Positions 50,401 through 61,462 of a DNA stretch of 64,000 nucleotides are shown here, one piece after another; position 1 is the stretch's first letter, and each line of letters opens with the position of its first letter. Below the pieces are notes generated by a model. That model did not search any database. It was not told the DNA's origin and worked only from the letters and a program-made list of their open reading frames with translations. This DNA is from Anthoceros angustus (Eukaryota; Plantae; Anthocerotophyta). A program made the translations under genes and the position numbers. The stretch spans positions 1,240,001-1,304,000 of the forward strand of contig MU008166.1 of the NCBI GenBank assembly GCA_010909165.1, written 5' to 3'.

Positions 50401-53053
50401 AAGCAAGCAGAGCCATCACAGGGCTGTTAAGCTCGTAAAGCGGTACTTAAGGAGGAGGTTCTTAGCCATACTAGGAACATATAAGACCTCTGTCAGGATT
50501 AAAGTAGACCCATCACTCAGCCTGAAGGTGCAGGAGCCTTGTCCTAAGATCTGCAGACTAGTGGTATTACGCTCATCACCTAAGTACACTCATCTATAGT
50601 AGACGAAGGAGTAAGGGATGTGAAGAGGGACTCATCCGACATATGTGGGTATGGCCCAGAATCCAGTGCAGTGCATCCCACAAGGTAGACAAAGCAATTT
50701 AGGATTTTGACCATGGGTTTGTTGGAATCTGCAGGCTTGTCTCTGACAACAGCGCTGGCAGTAGAACGGGAAGGCTTGCGAGGCTCCCCGGCCTTCTTTT
50801 TCCTACATTCATTCGCCCAATGACCAGGTTTGCCGCACCAATTGCAATTACCAGTGCGTTTTATAGAAGGGCCTGCCTCATGGCGTTGGCCTTCATTTCT
50901 GTTGCCCTGGTTGGAAGTCTGTATCCGCGTTTTATCTCTTTGTGCCCCTCGCCCACGGAAGGCTGTCAGCACTCTGTCAGCTTTGGCTTTTCCAGACCCT
51001 GACATGAGCCTGCTTTGCTCTTCCTGGAAGAGTGCACCTATCACCTCGTCTAAGGTGATTTGAATCTGTCTCCCAGCAGCATCGGCAGCCATAGCCTGTC
51101 GGATGGGGACATTATGGGCAGATACGAAATTTTGATAACTGGGTGGCAGGCTGGTGAGCAATTGAGCTATCACGTCCACCTCGTCCATCACAGTACCAAG
51201 TGAGGTAAGTTGAGCTCGAAGGTGTCTAAGCTTGCTGGTGTGAGCAAGAACTTTGTCTCCTTCTCGCATTTTCAATCCATAGAACTCCATACGCAATGTA
51301 CAGAGTGTGAGGACGTTATTAATCTTGTACTGGCTTTCCAATTGTGACCAGATCTCGCTGGCTTTGGTGAGGAACTCAATCTGAGGGATAAGGTCCTCAG
51401 TCAGGCCAGAAACAAGGAGAGCGATTCCAACACTGTTGGAATGTGACCATTTGTCTTTATCTGCCGGGGGAGCAGTAGGAACTGGTTCAGGGATAGAACC
51501 ATCGACAATGCCCCAGACTCCTCGAGCCAACAACGTCAACTTCATCCGCACTCTCCACACCTCGTACTTCTGGCCATTAAATCATGCCCTTGAGTTCAGA
51601 TGTAAAAACAGGATTGTATGGGCGAGGAGGGACAGGAGGTGGAGAAGAGGGCGGAGGAAGAGGTGGTGGGGGAGGAGTGATGTTAGACATGCTGGGTTGA
51701 CCTAGGTTCAAGGTTTGAGCAGCAAAAGTCAACTCACTGAAAAAAGGTTAGAAAGTGATGCTGCTAAATCATCCAACAGCCAATCGTCCATACATAATTG
51801 GCTAACAGGTGTCTCTGCATGTGCAGGGATGCAGCTACAGGATGAAGGGAAAGGGCACTCGAGGAGATCTCGAAACAACATGCTCATTGCCAAACGACAG
51901 AATGAACGGGTATGTTCACAAAACCCTAACCTTGAAAATGCCCTTTCACGTGAACTGTCCTGTTCACGCGAAAACCCTAACGGCTTTCATCCGCGAGGGA
52001 TGGTAGGCGTACAATCCATTCATTGCACCATGGAGATGGGTTCAGGCGTGCTGGAGCGCTGCAATTTCTGGGTGAGCAAATCCAATCGATCACTAATGTA
52101 TGCAATTTCAACAGAAAGCTTGTCAATTCTGGTTATGACCCTGTTGATACTGAACATGTCATCACCATGCGTGCAAATCATGTGAATAAGCTGATCATAT
52201 CGATTATCAATGCGCCAGGCCAGGAAATCACGGTCAGATTCCACACCACTGCCCAAATTTTGCGCAGTCCTTTCCTGCTGTAAACCCTGAAAAGAAGTAG
52301 TCTGATTTGCTTCCCTGTTCTGTGCAGATCCTCTACGACCACGCCTACGAGAAGGCATTATGGTGTAGGTCTGTTAGAATTAAGGGTTTGAATCATGTTT
52401 TAGAAAAACATTTGTAAATAGGCTGATTCTGTCGTGCAGGGAAAAGAGAGGGATTTTAACAAAATTCAGCCAGCATAGGAAATTGCTGCTGAGTCCTGTT
52501 GAAGTCCCTGCTGCTTTTCCTATTTTGGATCAGAAAATCAGGCCATATAAAATTCTGAATTTAGAATTTCATTTCTTCTTCCTGCTTGGCAGCGGAAGCA
52601 CATAGGATGGTAGTCTTAGATCAAGACTCGTGTTTGCTCGCCTGTTTAGCCGCATAGAGGCTACTCTATAAAACACGGTCAGAAGATCCTTTGATTGTAT
52701 AAATATACCAATCACCTAACCAAACTAATACATCAATAGCCTCAATCCATAAACAATGGATCAGGACTGATAAACTCCAGGATCGACCGGTATATGATAT
52801 CCTGGTCATGGGGATCAGGAGCCATAGTACTTTAAACCATGCTCAGATACCATGTTTGGGATGTGAAAGCAGGAGAAGAGAGCATAAAGCAATTGTTGAA
52901 TATGAGAATGAATACAAAAAGAGTTTAATAAAGTATACATATGAGCCTATACTAGGCTAGGCACCCTTTCATCTAAACAACCCTAATATAAACTGCCTAA
53001 ACATAATTAACCCAGGGGAATTAACCCGAAGCGAGTCAGGTTAACCCCGAACA
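44466..53053 (-). mobile_element. Ty1/Copia LTR retrotransposon, recent insertion, with internal tandem duplication
   Basis: Near-identical TG..CA LTRs 44466-44658 and 52853-53053; 5-bp TSD AGGAG; PBS TGGTATCTGAGC (52841-52852); PPT next to the left LTR; gag CCHC (CNWCGKPGHWANEC), integrase RSDNGTEF, RT LYGLKQS/YVDD, RNase H DADWA. Confidence 0.96.
52020..52358 (-). CDS. Extra 112-aa ORF upstream of gag inside the Copia element
   Basis: ATG-initiated, uninterrupted, basic N-terminus and heptad-like C-terminal segment; no family recognised. Confidence 0.4.
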   Translation of the reverse strand: MPSRRRGRRGSAQNREANQTTSFQGLQQERTAQNLGSGVESDRDFLAWRIDNRYDQLIHMICTHGDDMFSINRVITRIDKLSVEIAYISDRLDLLTQKLQRSSTPEPISMVQ

Positions 53054-54630
53054 AGGAGCCAGCATAAGGTTTCGAAAGTACGGAGCTTATCGATTGTGTC
53101 CTTACGTGTGTTCTCATGTGCAGATCCTCCAGAATCCATGTGGATGTGAAACCCAATATCTTGCTGGATGATAACATGATTGCCAAGCTTGCGATTTTGG
53201 GATCTCTAAAGCCATGGCTGAGTTTGACACCCATGTCTCTACCAAGCCCGGTATCAGGGTATGCTTTTCACACACTCTACGTGGGCAAAGGTGTACCATC
53301 CGGAAGAAATGCATGGCGGTGTATGTGGCGGTGTATTTGGACCCCGAGTATTTCTTGAAGTGGCTACCTACTAGTGATGTATGCCTTTGGAGTGGTAATG
53401 ATGGAGCTGGTGACTGGTCAAGCGGCGATTGATCATAAAAGACACGAAGAGTATAACTCGATTGAGTGGGTGAGTGGCGGTCGAGATCCTTTTGGAATTT
53501 TCTCTCTGCAGATCTAAACTTACAACATGGTTCATTCGTTTGAATGTAAGGAAACGCTATAGAGCTGGTGGAATAGCCTCCATCATCGACCCATTAATCG
53601 AGTATGAGTACTCAAAGGATGCTTCGCGGCATGGTGAGCTTGCTCTTGCTTGCACCACATTCAACAAGGACGAAGGCCAAACATGAAGGTGCGTGTAGGT
53701 GATTGCCTCAAGTTTGACTTGGACCCCGAGGGAGTGAAAGGCCTTGGCCTGGATTTTTCCCTCATGTCGGTGAATCGCCCGCATCGTGGAGCCCACGCGG
53801 AGCCACATTTGGCCATTCAGTCAGTGTATGGGCCAAGCTCCCAAGTGTGAAAGGGGAGAGGAAGGCAGTAGAACGAGAACGCTCGCCCCAGCCTCGTGGA
53901 GTTTACATCACCTTCGATTCCGAGTATCTCGACACCAAGATCCCGAGGCACAACAACAGTAAAATTGGTGACGACAATCGAGACCAAGATGATTCGAGGA
54001 GCCTTATGCAGAAGAACAAACCACGCTGACGGATTGTCATCCATGATGGACCTCGAATGCATGCAAGGCATCCGCTCGAGGGCATAACAAATTGGACTCG
54101 CCAGGAACCCGAATAATCGAGCTTGTCACTAAATGGGAATGTTCTAGGAAAGCTATGCAAGGAGAGCTTTCACATTGTGACATGAGAGTTTCCTTCCTTT
54201 TCTTTATCTGAGGCATGTAATAGTCATGAGTGTCTGATGGGTTTTAAGTTTTGCGAGCCGCAGATCACGCAGCGTCCTAGCTTGCTGGACATTTCGCCAA
54301 GGCTGCGTCATGATTTTGCAAGATATATGGTAAGCATGGAATTGTACGGTGATTTTGTAAGCTCCAGATGCTTTGGGTCTCGTATAATAACCTTTCCGGG
54401 TGAACAATTCTTGAGTACGTTAGACTATCAAGTATCTCACACAGAAGCTCAAGGCCGAGCAAGTGAACTCCTCGGCCTCCTTGACATAATTTTGATATAA
54501 TATTTTAAAATATATTTTAAATTTAAAATTTATAAAGATCTTGAAGATAAATAGATTAGCCTAAAAATGTTTGTGAGTGGGGTTTGTCTCGTTTCATTCT
54601 TAGAGTAGAGTAATTAAGCTTATCTCTCTA

Positions 54631-54745
54631 TGCCTTGGTGCAAGTAGCTTAGGCATACCATTGGTACAAGTTGTTAAGTACCAAGTCCCATGACTGAAAA
54701 CCATCTTTAGTGGACTTAAATAAAATTATTCTTCTTCTTCTTCTT
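54631..54745 (+). mobile_element. Short 3' end of the same (TTC)n-tailed non-LTR element seen at 22.3-22.9 kb
   Basis: ccttggtgcaagtagcttaggca...gtacaagttgttaagtacc...tggactt.aataaaatta(ttc)n. Confidence 0.75.
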
Positions 54746-54998
54746 GTAATTTTCTCATGATGTTAAATGTATCAACATTACATTCCATAAAATGTTGTGC
54801 ATACCACTTTTGTTGCTGCCTAAAAACATGTACGGAACACTTTTGTTACTGCCTCCACTTGAATTAAAGTTTTTTTTTCGTATAATCATGGCTGATTGGA
54901 TATAAAAAAATAAATACAATTGCAGAAGATTATGAGTTATAATTGTATGAGGACTAAAGCCTAAAACTAGAAATCAAGCTGAATTGAAGTTATCACTG

Positions 54999-57900
54999 TC
55001 CGATTGGGAGTAGCCATAATTTTAGGAATATCGTCATCACTAACTTCTTAATTATCCAAGCCAATCCTATGTAAGCCAATCGACAATGCTTGTCACCACT
55101 TCAAGGGGAATTTGGTGAATCATCGCGGGCATCTTCTACGTCAATCTCGTCCTCCGTCACCCGATGATGCTTCCACCTTCTTCAACACAATCCCTTGATG
55201 CTTAAAATCTTCTTGAATTTCCACTGGTTGGACGCCATGATCGCTTATTTTGATGATCAATTACGAGGGACGCACTTACATCCATATGAGCACTTCCTCT
55301 ACGCACAACCAAACAAAACAAATCTAGGTGAATATAGGTGCAAACCAATAAGAATAAGAGATAGCAGCTCGCACATCATGGTAGGTTCAAAGGTGAATAT
55401 AAGTGCAAACCAATAAGAATAAGAGACAGCAGTTCACCCACCATGGCAGGTTCAAACACCGCTCTCCTCAAAAAGTCTAAGATAAAATAAAATTTTAAGT
55501 CTTTCACTATGCAATTGGCATGATCTATTGTTCTTAATAGGAATTCGACATTGTTTCTTTTGCCATAGACTTAGTTTTGCAATCTTAAGAAGTGTGAGGC
55601 TAAAGGGTGGATGAGTAAAAGCGGCGCCGGTCCAATGTGTCGCTGACTGAGCGTCCACTTCTTAGATGATGGTCCGCGTTACGAGCTTTGTCATGTGAAC
55701 ATGGACGAGCTTATCACCCACAAAAATTGACACGAAGGATGGCATGAGGTCCTTGATTGCTACTTGTAAACTAGGATTTGGTTTTAAAATTGGACGAGTG
55801 AGAGGATGAGATGCTGGACGCCTGATTCAATTATATGGCCTTTATGCCATGTTACATCAGGTCATTGATGCACACAATCATGTGGCCCTTTGAAGCTCTT
55901 TCCCAGAGGTTGCCTATCCAGTGCCTAGAACTAGGACCAAGCTAAGCATTGAGAGCCACAATGGTCCACACTTCTTTCAAGTCAATCTTGTCTTGCTCAC
56001 AGAATTGGATGCCTTTCGGAGACAACAAGACATCCGCTGCCTCTTTACTGTCAGCACCTCTGCCAGATCCAAGGACTAGTGAATCTGAAGGCCTTCACTC
56101 AGCCCTTGAGGTGGATCAAAAGCACACGGGAGCCGTGACTGGCAAGGTTCAATTAGTTCGCGGATGATATTAGCGTAGATATTGTTCCTTTTGTAGGGCT
56201 AGTTCAGATTTTTAGTTTCCTGCTTCCACCTCCTTTTGCAGCCTATATGTATTTATTTATGAATTAATCTGATTGATAATTCTACCAAAATTAGAAAAGA
56301 TGAGATGCCGGAAAGAGGGAACATTGTGAATTAGTGCTACTCAAATTGTTCATTGACAGATGGTTAGGCCTTACAGTAGTTCTGCATACCAACAACAATT
56401 TGTAGTAGTTCTGCATACCAACAGCAATATGGTATCTGACCGTTTGACCAGCATGGGGCTATTCCTTTGCGAAGCAAGAGAACAACATTCAAAGTGAAAC
56501 ATTCCAAGAAATGTTGGTAGAGGCTCGAGATAACTACTCTCATGACATTGTAATGGCCAACAAAAATGTCAAAACGCTTAAACAACAAATTCGACAAAGG
56601 ATGAGCTCCCACCTCCGTATGGTTTCTAGTAGGCACACAATGTTAAGAGATACTAAAATACAAAATACTAATAGAATGTCATCTAAAGACTAAAATAAAG
56701 TGTAATATGTAACAAATTACACTTCTTTATAAGTAGTCGAAGAGCCCTAGCAACATATTCACCCGCCAAGCAACTGCGTAGGTTTGTTGCATTACTGCAC
56801 TGCTCCAACTGAGAGTTCTCGCCCGGACTTGGCAAAGACGCACGCCTCCTCCTCACGAAGAGCCGCCTACGCCACCAAAACGTCAAGACGGCTAGCAACT
56901 TCACGGTGCCTGAAGCCCCTAGTGCAATCAAGACACCATCGGGGAGAAGAAGGAGGAGACACCAAGCTAACTCATCCCGGATCGAAGGCGATCAAGGGAA
57001 GACGAAATGCCGACGGGCATCATCGTGAAGGTGCCGAGGAAGCCCGCATGGAAGATGCGCGACATGGAAAGCGGGTTTCAACATCCGATTGGGAGTAGCC
57101 ATAATTTTAGGAATATCGTCATCACTAACTTCTTAATTATCCAAGCCAATCCTATGTAAGCCAATCGACAATGCTTGTCACCACTTCAAGGGGAATTTGG
57201 TGAATCATCGCGGGCATCTTCTACGTCAATCTCGTCCTCCTCACCTTCTTCATGCTTCCACCTTCTTGACACAATCCTTGATGCTTAAAATCTTCTTGAA
57301 TTTCCACTGGTTGGACGCCATGATCGCTTATTTTGATGATCAATTACGAGGGACGCACTTACATCCATATGAGCACTTCCTCTACGCACAACCAAACAAA
57401 ACAAATCTAGGTGAATATAGGTGCAAACCAATAAGAATAAGAGATAGCAGCTCGCACATCATGGTAGGTTCAAAGGTGAATATAAGTGCAAACCAATAAG
57501 AATAAGAGACAGCAGTTCACCCACCATGGCAGGTTCAAACACCGCTCTCCTCAAAAAGTCTAAGATAAAATAAAATTTTAAGTCTTTCACTATGCAATTG
57601 GCATGATCTATTGTTCTTAATAGGAATTCGACATTGTTTCTTTTGCCATAGACTTAGTTTTGCAATCTTAAGTGTGAGGCTAAAGGGTGGATGAGTAAAA
57701 GCGGCGCCCGGTCCAATGTCGGCCGGGCGTCCACTTCTTAGATGATGGTCCAGCGTTACGAGCTTTGTCATGTGAACATGGGCAGCTTATCACCCACAAA
57801 AATTGACACGAAGGATGGCATGAGGTCCTTGATTGCTACTTGTAAACTAGGATTTGGTTTTTAGAGTGAGAGGATGAGATCTTTGGGCCTTTGATTCAAT

Positions 57901-59188
57901 TATATGGCCTTTATGCCATGTTACATCAGGTCATTGATGCACACAATCATGTGGCCCTTTTGAAGCTCTTTCCCAGGAGGTTGCTCATCTTTGTGCCTAG
58001 AACTAGGACCAAGCTAACGTGGGGGGCCACAATGGTCCACACTTCTTTCAAGTCAATCTTGTCTTGCTCACAGAATTGGATGCCTTTCGGAGACAACAAG
58101 ACATCCGCTGCCTCTTTACTGTCAGCACCTCTGCCAGATCCAAGGACTAGTGAATCTGAAGGCCTTCACTCAGCCCTTGAGGTGGATCAAAGCATACCGT
58201 GGGAGCCGCATCGAGGTGTTCAATTAGTTCGCGGATGATATTAGCGTAGATATTGTTCCTTTTGTAGGGCTAGTTCAGATTTTTAGTTTCCCTGTTTCCT
58301 AATTCTCCTTTTTGCAGCCTATATGTATTTATTTATGAATTAATCTGATTGATAATTCTACCAAAATTAGAAAAGATGAGATGCCGGAAAGAGGGAACAT
58401 TGTGAATTAGTGCTACTCAAATTGTTCATTGACAGATGGTTAGGCCTTACAGTAGTTCTGCATACCAACAACAATTTGTAGTAGTTCTGCATACCAACAA
58501 AGAATATGGTATCCTAATCGCTTGACCAAAGATGGGGCTATTCCTTTGCGAAGCAAGAGAACAACATTCAAAGTGAAACATTCCAAGAAATGTTGGTAGA
58601 GGCTCGAGATAACTACTCTCATGACATTGTAATGGCCAACAAAAATGTCAAAACGCTTAAACAACAAATTCGACAAAGGATGAGCTCCCACCTCTGTATG
58701 GTTTCTAGTAGGCACACAGCTAACAGCAAGAGAGATACTAAAAATACAAAATACTAATAGAATGTCATCTAAAAGACTAAAATAAAGAAGTGTAATATGT
58801 AACAAATTACACTTCTTTATAAGTAGTCGAAGAGCCCTAGCAACATATTCACCCGCCAAGCAACTGCGTAGGTTTGTTGCATTACCTGCACTGCTCCAAC
58901 TGAGAGTTCTCGCCCGGACTTGGCAAAGACGCAGCCTCCTCCTCAAGAGCCTACCGCCACCAAAACGTCAAGACGGCTAGCAACTTCACGGTGCCCAGAA
59001 GCCCCCCCCCCTAGTGCACCGAAGACACCATCGGGGGAGAAGAAGGAGGAGACACCAAGCTAACTCATCCCGGGGATCGAGTGCAAGGCGATCAAGGGGA
59101 AGACGAAATGCCAGACGGGCATCATCGTGAAGGTGCCGAGGAAGCCTGCGGAAGATGCGCGGACATGGAAAGCGGGTTTCGAACATCC
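54999..59188. repeat. ~2.09-kb direct tandem duplication of a non-genic or TE-derived segment
   Basis: cgattgggagtagccataattttagg at 55001 and 57086; copies differ mainly by short indels; TCC microhomology at the junction. Confidence 0.93.
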
Positions 59189-61127
59189 CAAGGATGTGAT
59201 CCACCGACCGCAACCATTCCTGTGAAGAAAGAGGCACCACAAGGAGAAAGCTACGGGCGCCCAAAAGCCGGGCAGCGAACGTGGAGGAGGTCGCACAGGC
59301 ACTTAAAAGCCTGTAGTCCGGTCGAAATCTTTATGCATGTGCCGAGGTGAGTTTTCACCCCTTGACGCCGCAGAGTTGAGCATGATCGACAAGGAGTGTC
59401 CTTGGCGATCACGGAGGTGTGGATCGCCCCATTGGATGGGGGACGAAAAGGGCCTGCAAACCAGCTTGAAGGGTACGGGTCAAGAGGTACCGGGGACCGA
59501 GGGCAAAATGACCCCAGCCTGGACCGAACATACGAGTTGAGCTGTATGGCGAACCCCAAAAGCGGACAAAGGCTGACCAAGAGGGGTGCAACCCATGACC
59601 ACCGCCAACCACCAAACTAACGCCCACACCGTAACTCAAGACCTAAAAGCCGGGTGAGATCCTCAGAAATGGAAGAAGCCCAACCGAAAAGCGTATATAA
59701 AGAATCAGATGAAAATGGACTCACGAACATGTAATAGAGCTCACAACAATCACACAATCAACCGAACCATCAATCAATCGCAAACATCTAGGGCCTAGCA
59801 TTCACCGCAACACCTAGGGCATAGCACTCGCAACATCTAGGGCCTAGCATTCACCGCAACACCTAGGGCATAACACTCAAGAACGTAAAGTCGCTGCCTG
59901 CCTCTGGGGCCTCCGACGCCTGCTCGATTTTTTCTGGGAGAAGGGTGGAATTCTAGAGAGAAATTGACCTGTTGGTCATTTATTTACCGAATACAAGAAA
60001 TTTATAACAATGAGTAGAAAATAATGTAGGGTGAAAATAATCCACTATCCACATGTTGAAACCATAACAGTAGGGTAGAAAAAAATAACCACCAAGTGAA
60101 AACCAGGTACATCTCGATAGAAGGCCATTCTAGAAATCCAACCAAAATCGCTAAATCTGGCAGTAAAACAAATTCAGTTAAATAATATTCATTGAGATTA
60201 CCTAACATATACAGTTCGCACAAAAAAAATAAATAAATCCAAAGAACTAACCGGCCAAGAATAGATTTGCACCTTGAGCTATCTGTGAGGCAAGATGCAA
60301 TGTTATGAATCATGATAAACCAAAACATCGCTCTTTAATTAAAGATGTATAAAAAACATTGTTCCCAAAGACCAAGATATACGTAACAATAGATGCTTGC
60401 AAATCCTATATAAGGTTAGAAACACAGAACACAATCTTACCGAATTTCATCAACGCATCCTGAACCAAGTGATAAACGAACCCCAAACGATCTGCATTGG
60501 CCACAGACGGTTTATAAGCAACTGAAAAGTCGAAGAGCACCTTACACAAATTGTATCTCGAACCAAAGATGAACAAAACCTGGAGAACTTACAACAAAAC
60601 CGCGAAAACTTACAATGTGTATTGGAGCTTTTTAGACTGACTTCCAGGAGTTTCCGGACGTACTCCTAATGGTCTCCACCGACCAGAGTTTCCTAAAAAG
60701 GCAAGCCGAGCGTAAGATTACGAGGAAATGGAAACACATTGTAACAGTATAGAAAGCGCTTATGCTTCAACAAGATAAAACAACGGAAGAACACACAGAA
60801 CCAACATGAAATAAGAACAAAGCAAGGAGCAAGTAACGCCTTCGAGAGAGCAAGTAAGATGCAACGCATACGTGGCGTAAGGCAAAAGACAAAGTAAGCA
60901 GAGCGATAATCGAACAAGTGAAAACCGCCCGACGTAACCACATGCAAGAAACCACATATACAGAGGTGAAAAGCCAAGACACCACAGCCAGCCAGAAGCA
61001 AACCTAATCATAGAGCCAGCCGCACCGGCAACGATAACTAGAGTGATCGGAAAACAAATCAAGAACAGGCGCAACACCAGAGAACAACAAGACACCATAC
61101 TGAAACAAGCAATCATGAAGGAGCAAG

Positions 61128-61462
61128 TTGGCCTTTAACCTTCAGAAACCTTGGCCTTCGAAACCAAAATAACCTTGGCCTTCGGGAAGAGGGAGATGGC
61201 CTTCTGAACCAAAAACAAAGTCACCTTCACAACTGAAATACAACACCAAAAACAAAGTCACCTTCGCAACTGAAATACAACACCAAAAACAAAGTCACCT
61301 TCACAACTGAAATACAACACTAAAACTACACCGGACCTTGGCCTTCGGACATACCTATCCTGCAAACAAGACGCAAACCAAGAGACCCTTGGCCTTCGGA
61401 CATGCAAACCTATGCCGACAAGACAAAAGGAGCAAACACAGGAAGACCTTGGCCTTCGGAGC
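61128..61462. repeat. Interspersed TGGCCTT(C) motifs (x7) enclosing a ~37-bp tandem repeat (x3)
   Basis: Motif at ~61128, 61151, 61175, 61197, 61338, 61389, 61449; accaaaaacaaagtcaccttc.caactgaaatacaac x3 at 61208-61320. Confidence 0.8.

Larger units (their letters stand above)
41036..54029 (+). pseudogene. LRR receptor-like kinase, copy 2 (tandem paralog), with Copia insertion in a kinase-domain intron and frameshifted 3' exons
   Basis: Same exon architecture as copy 1; exons to 44432 look intact; exons 53124-54029 carry many small deletions (real decay or consensus error). Confidence 0.8.
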
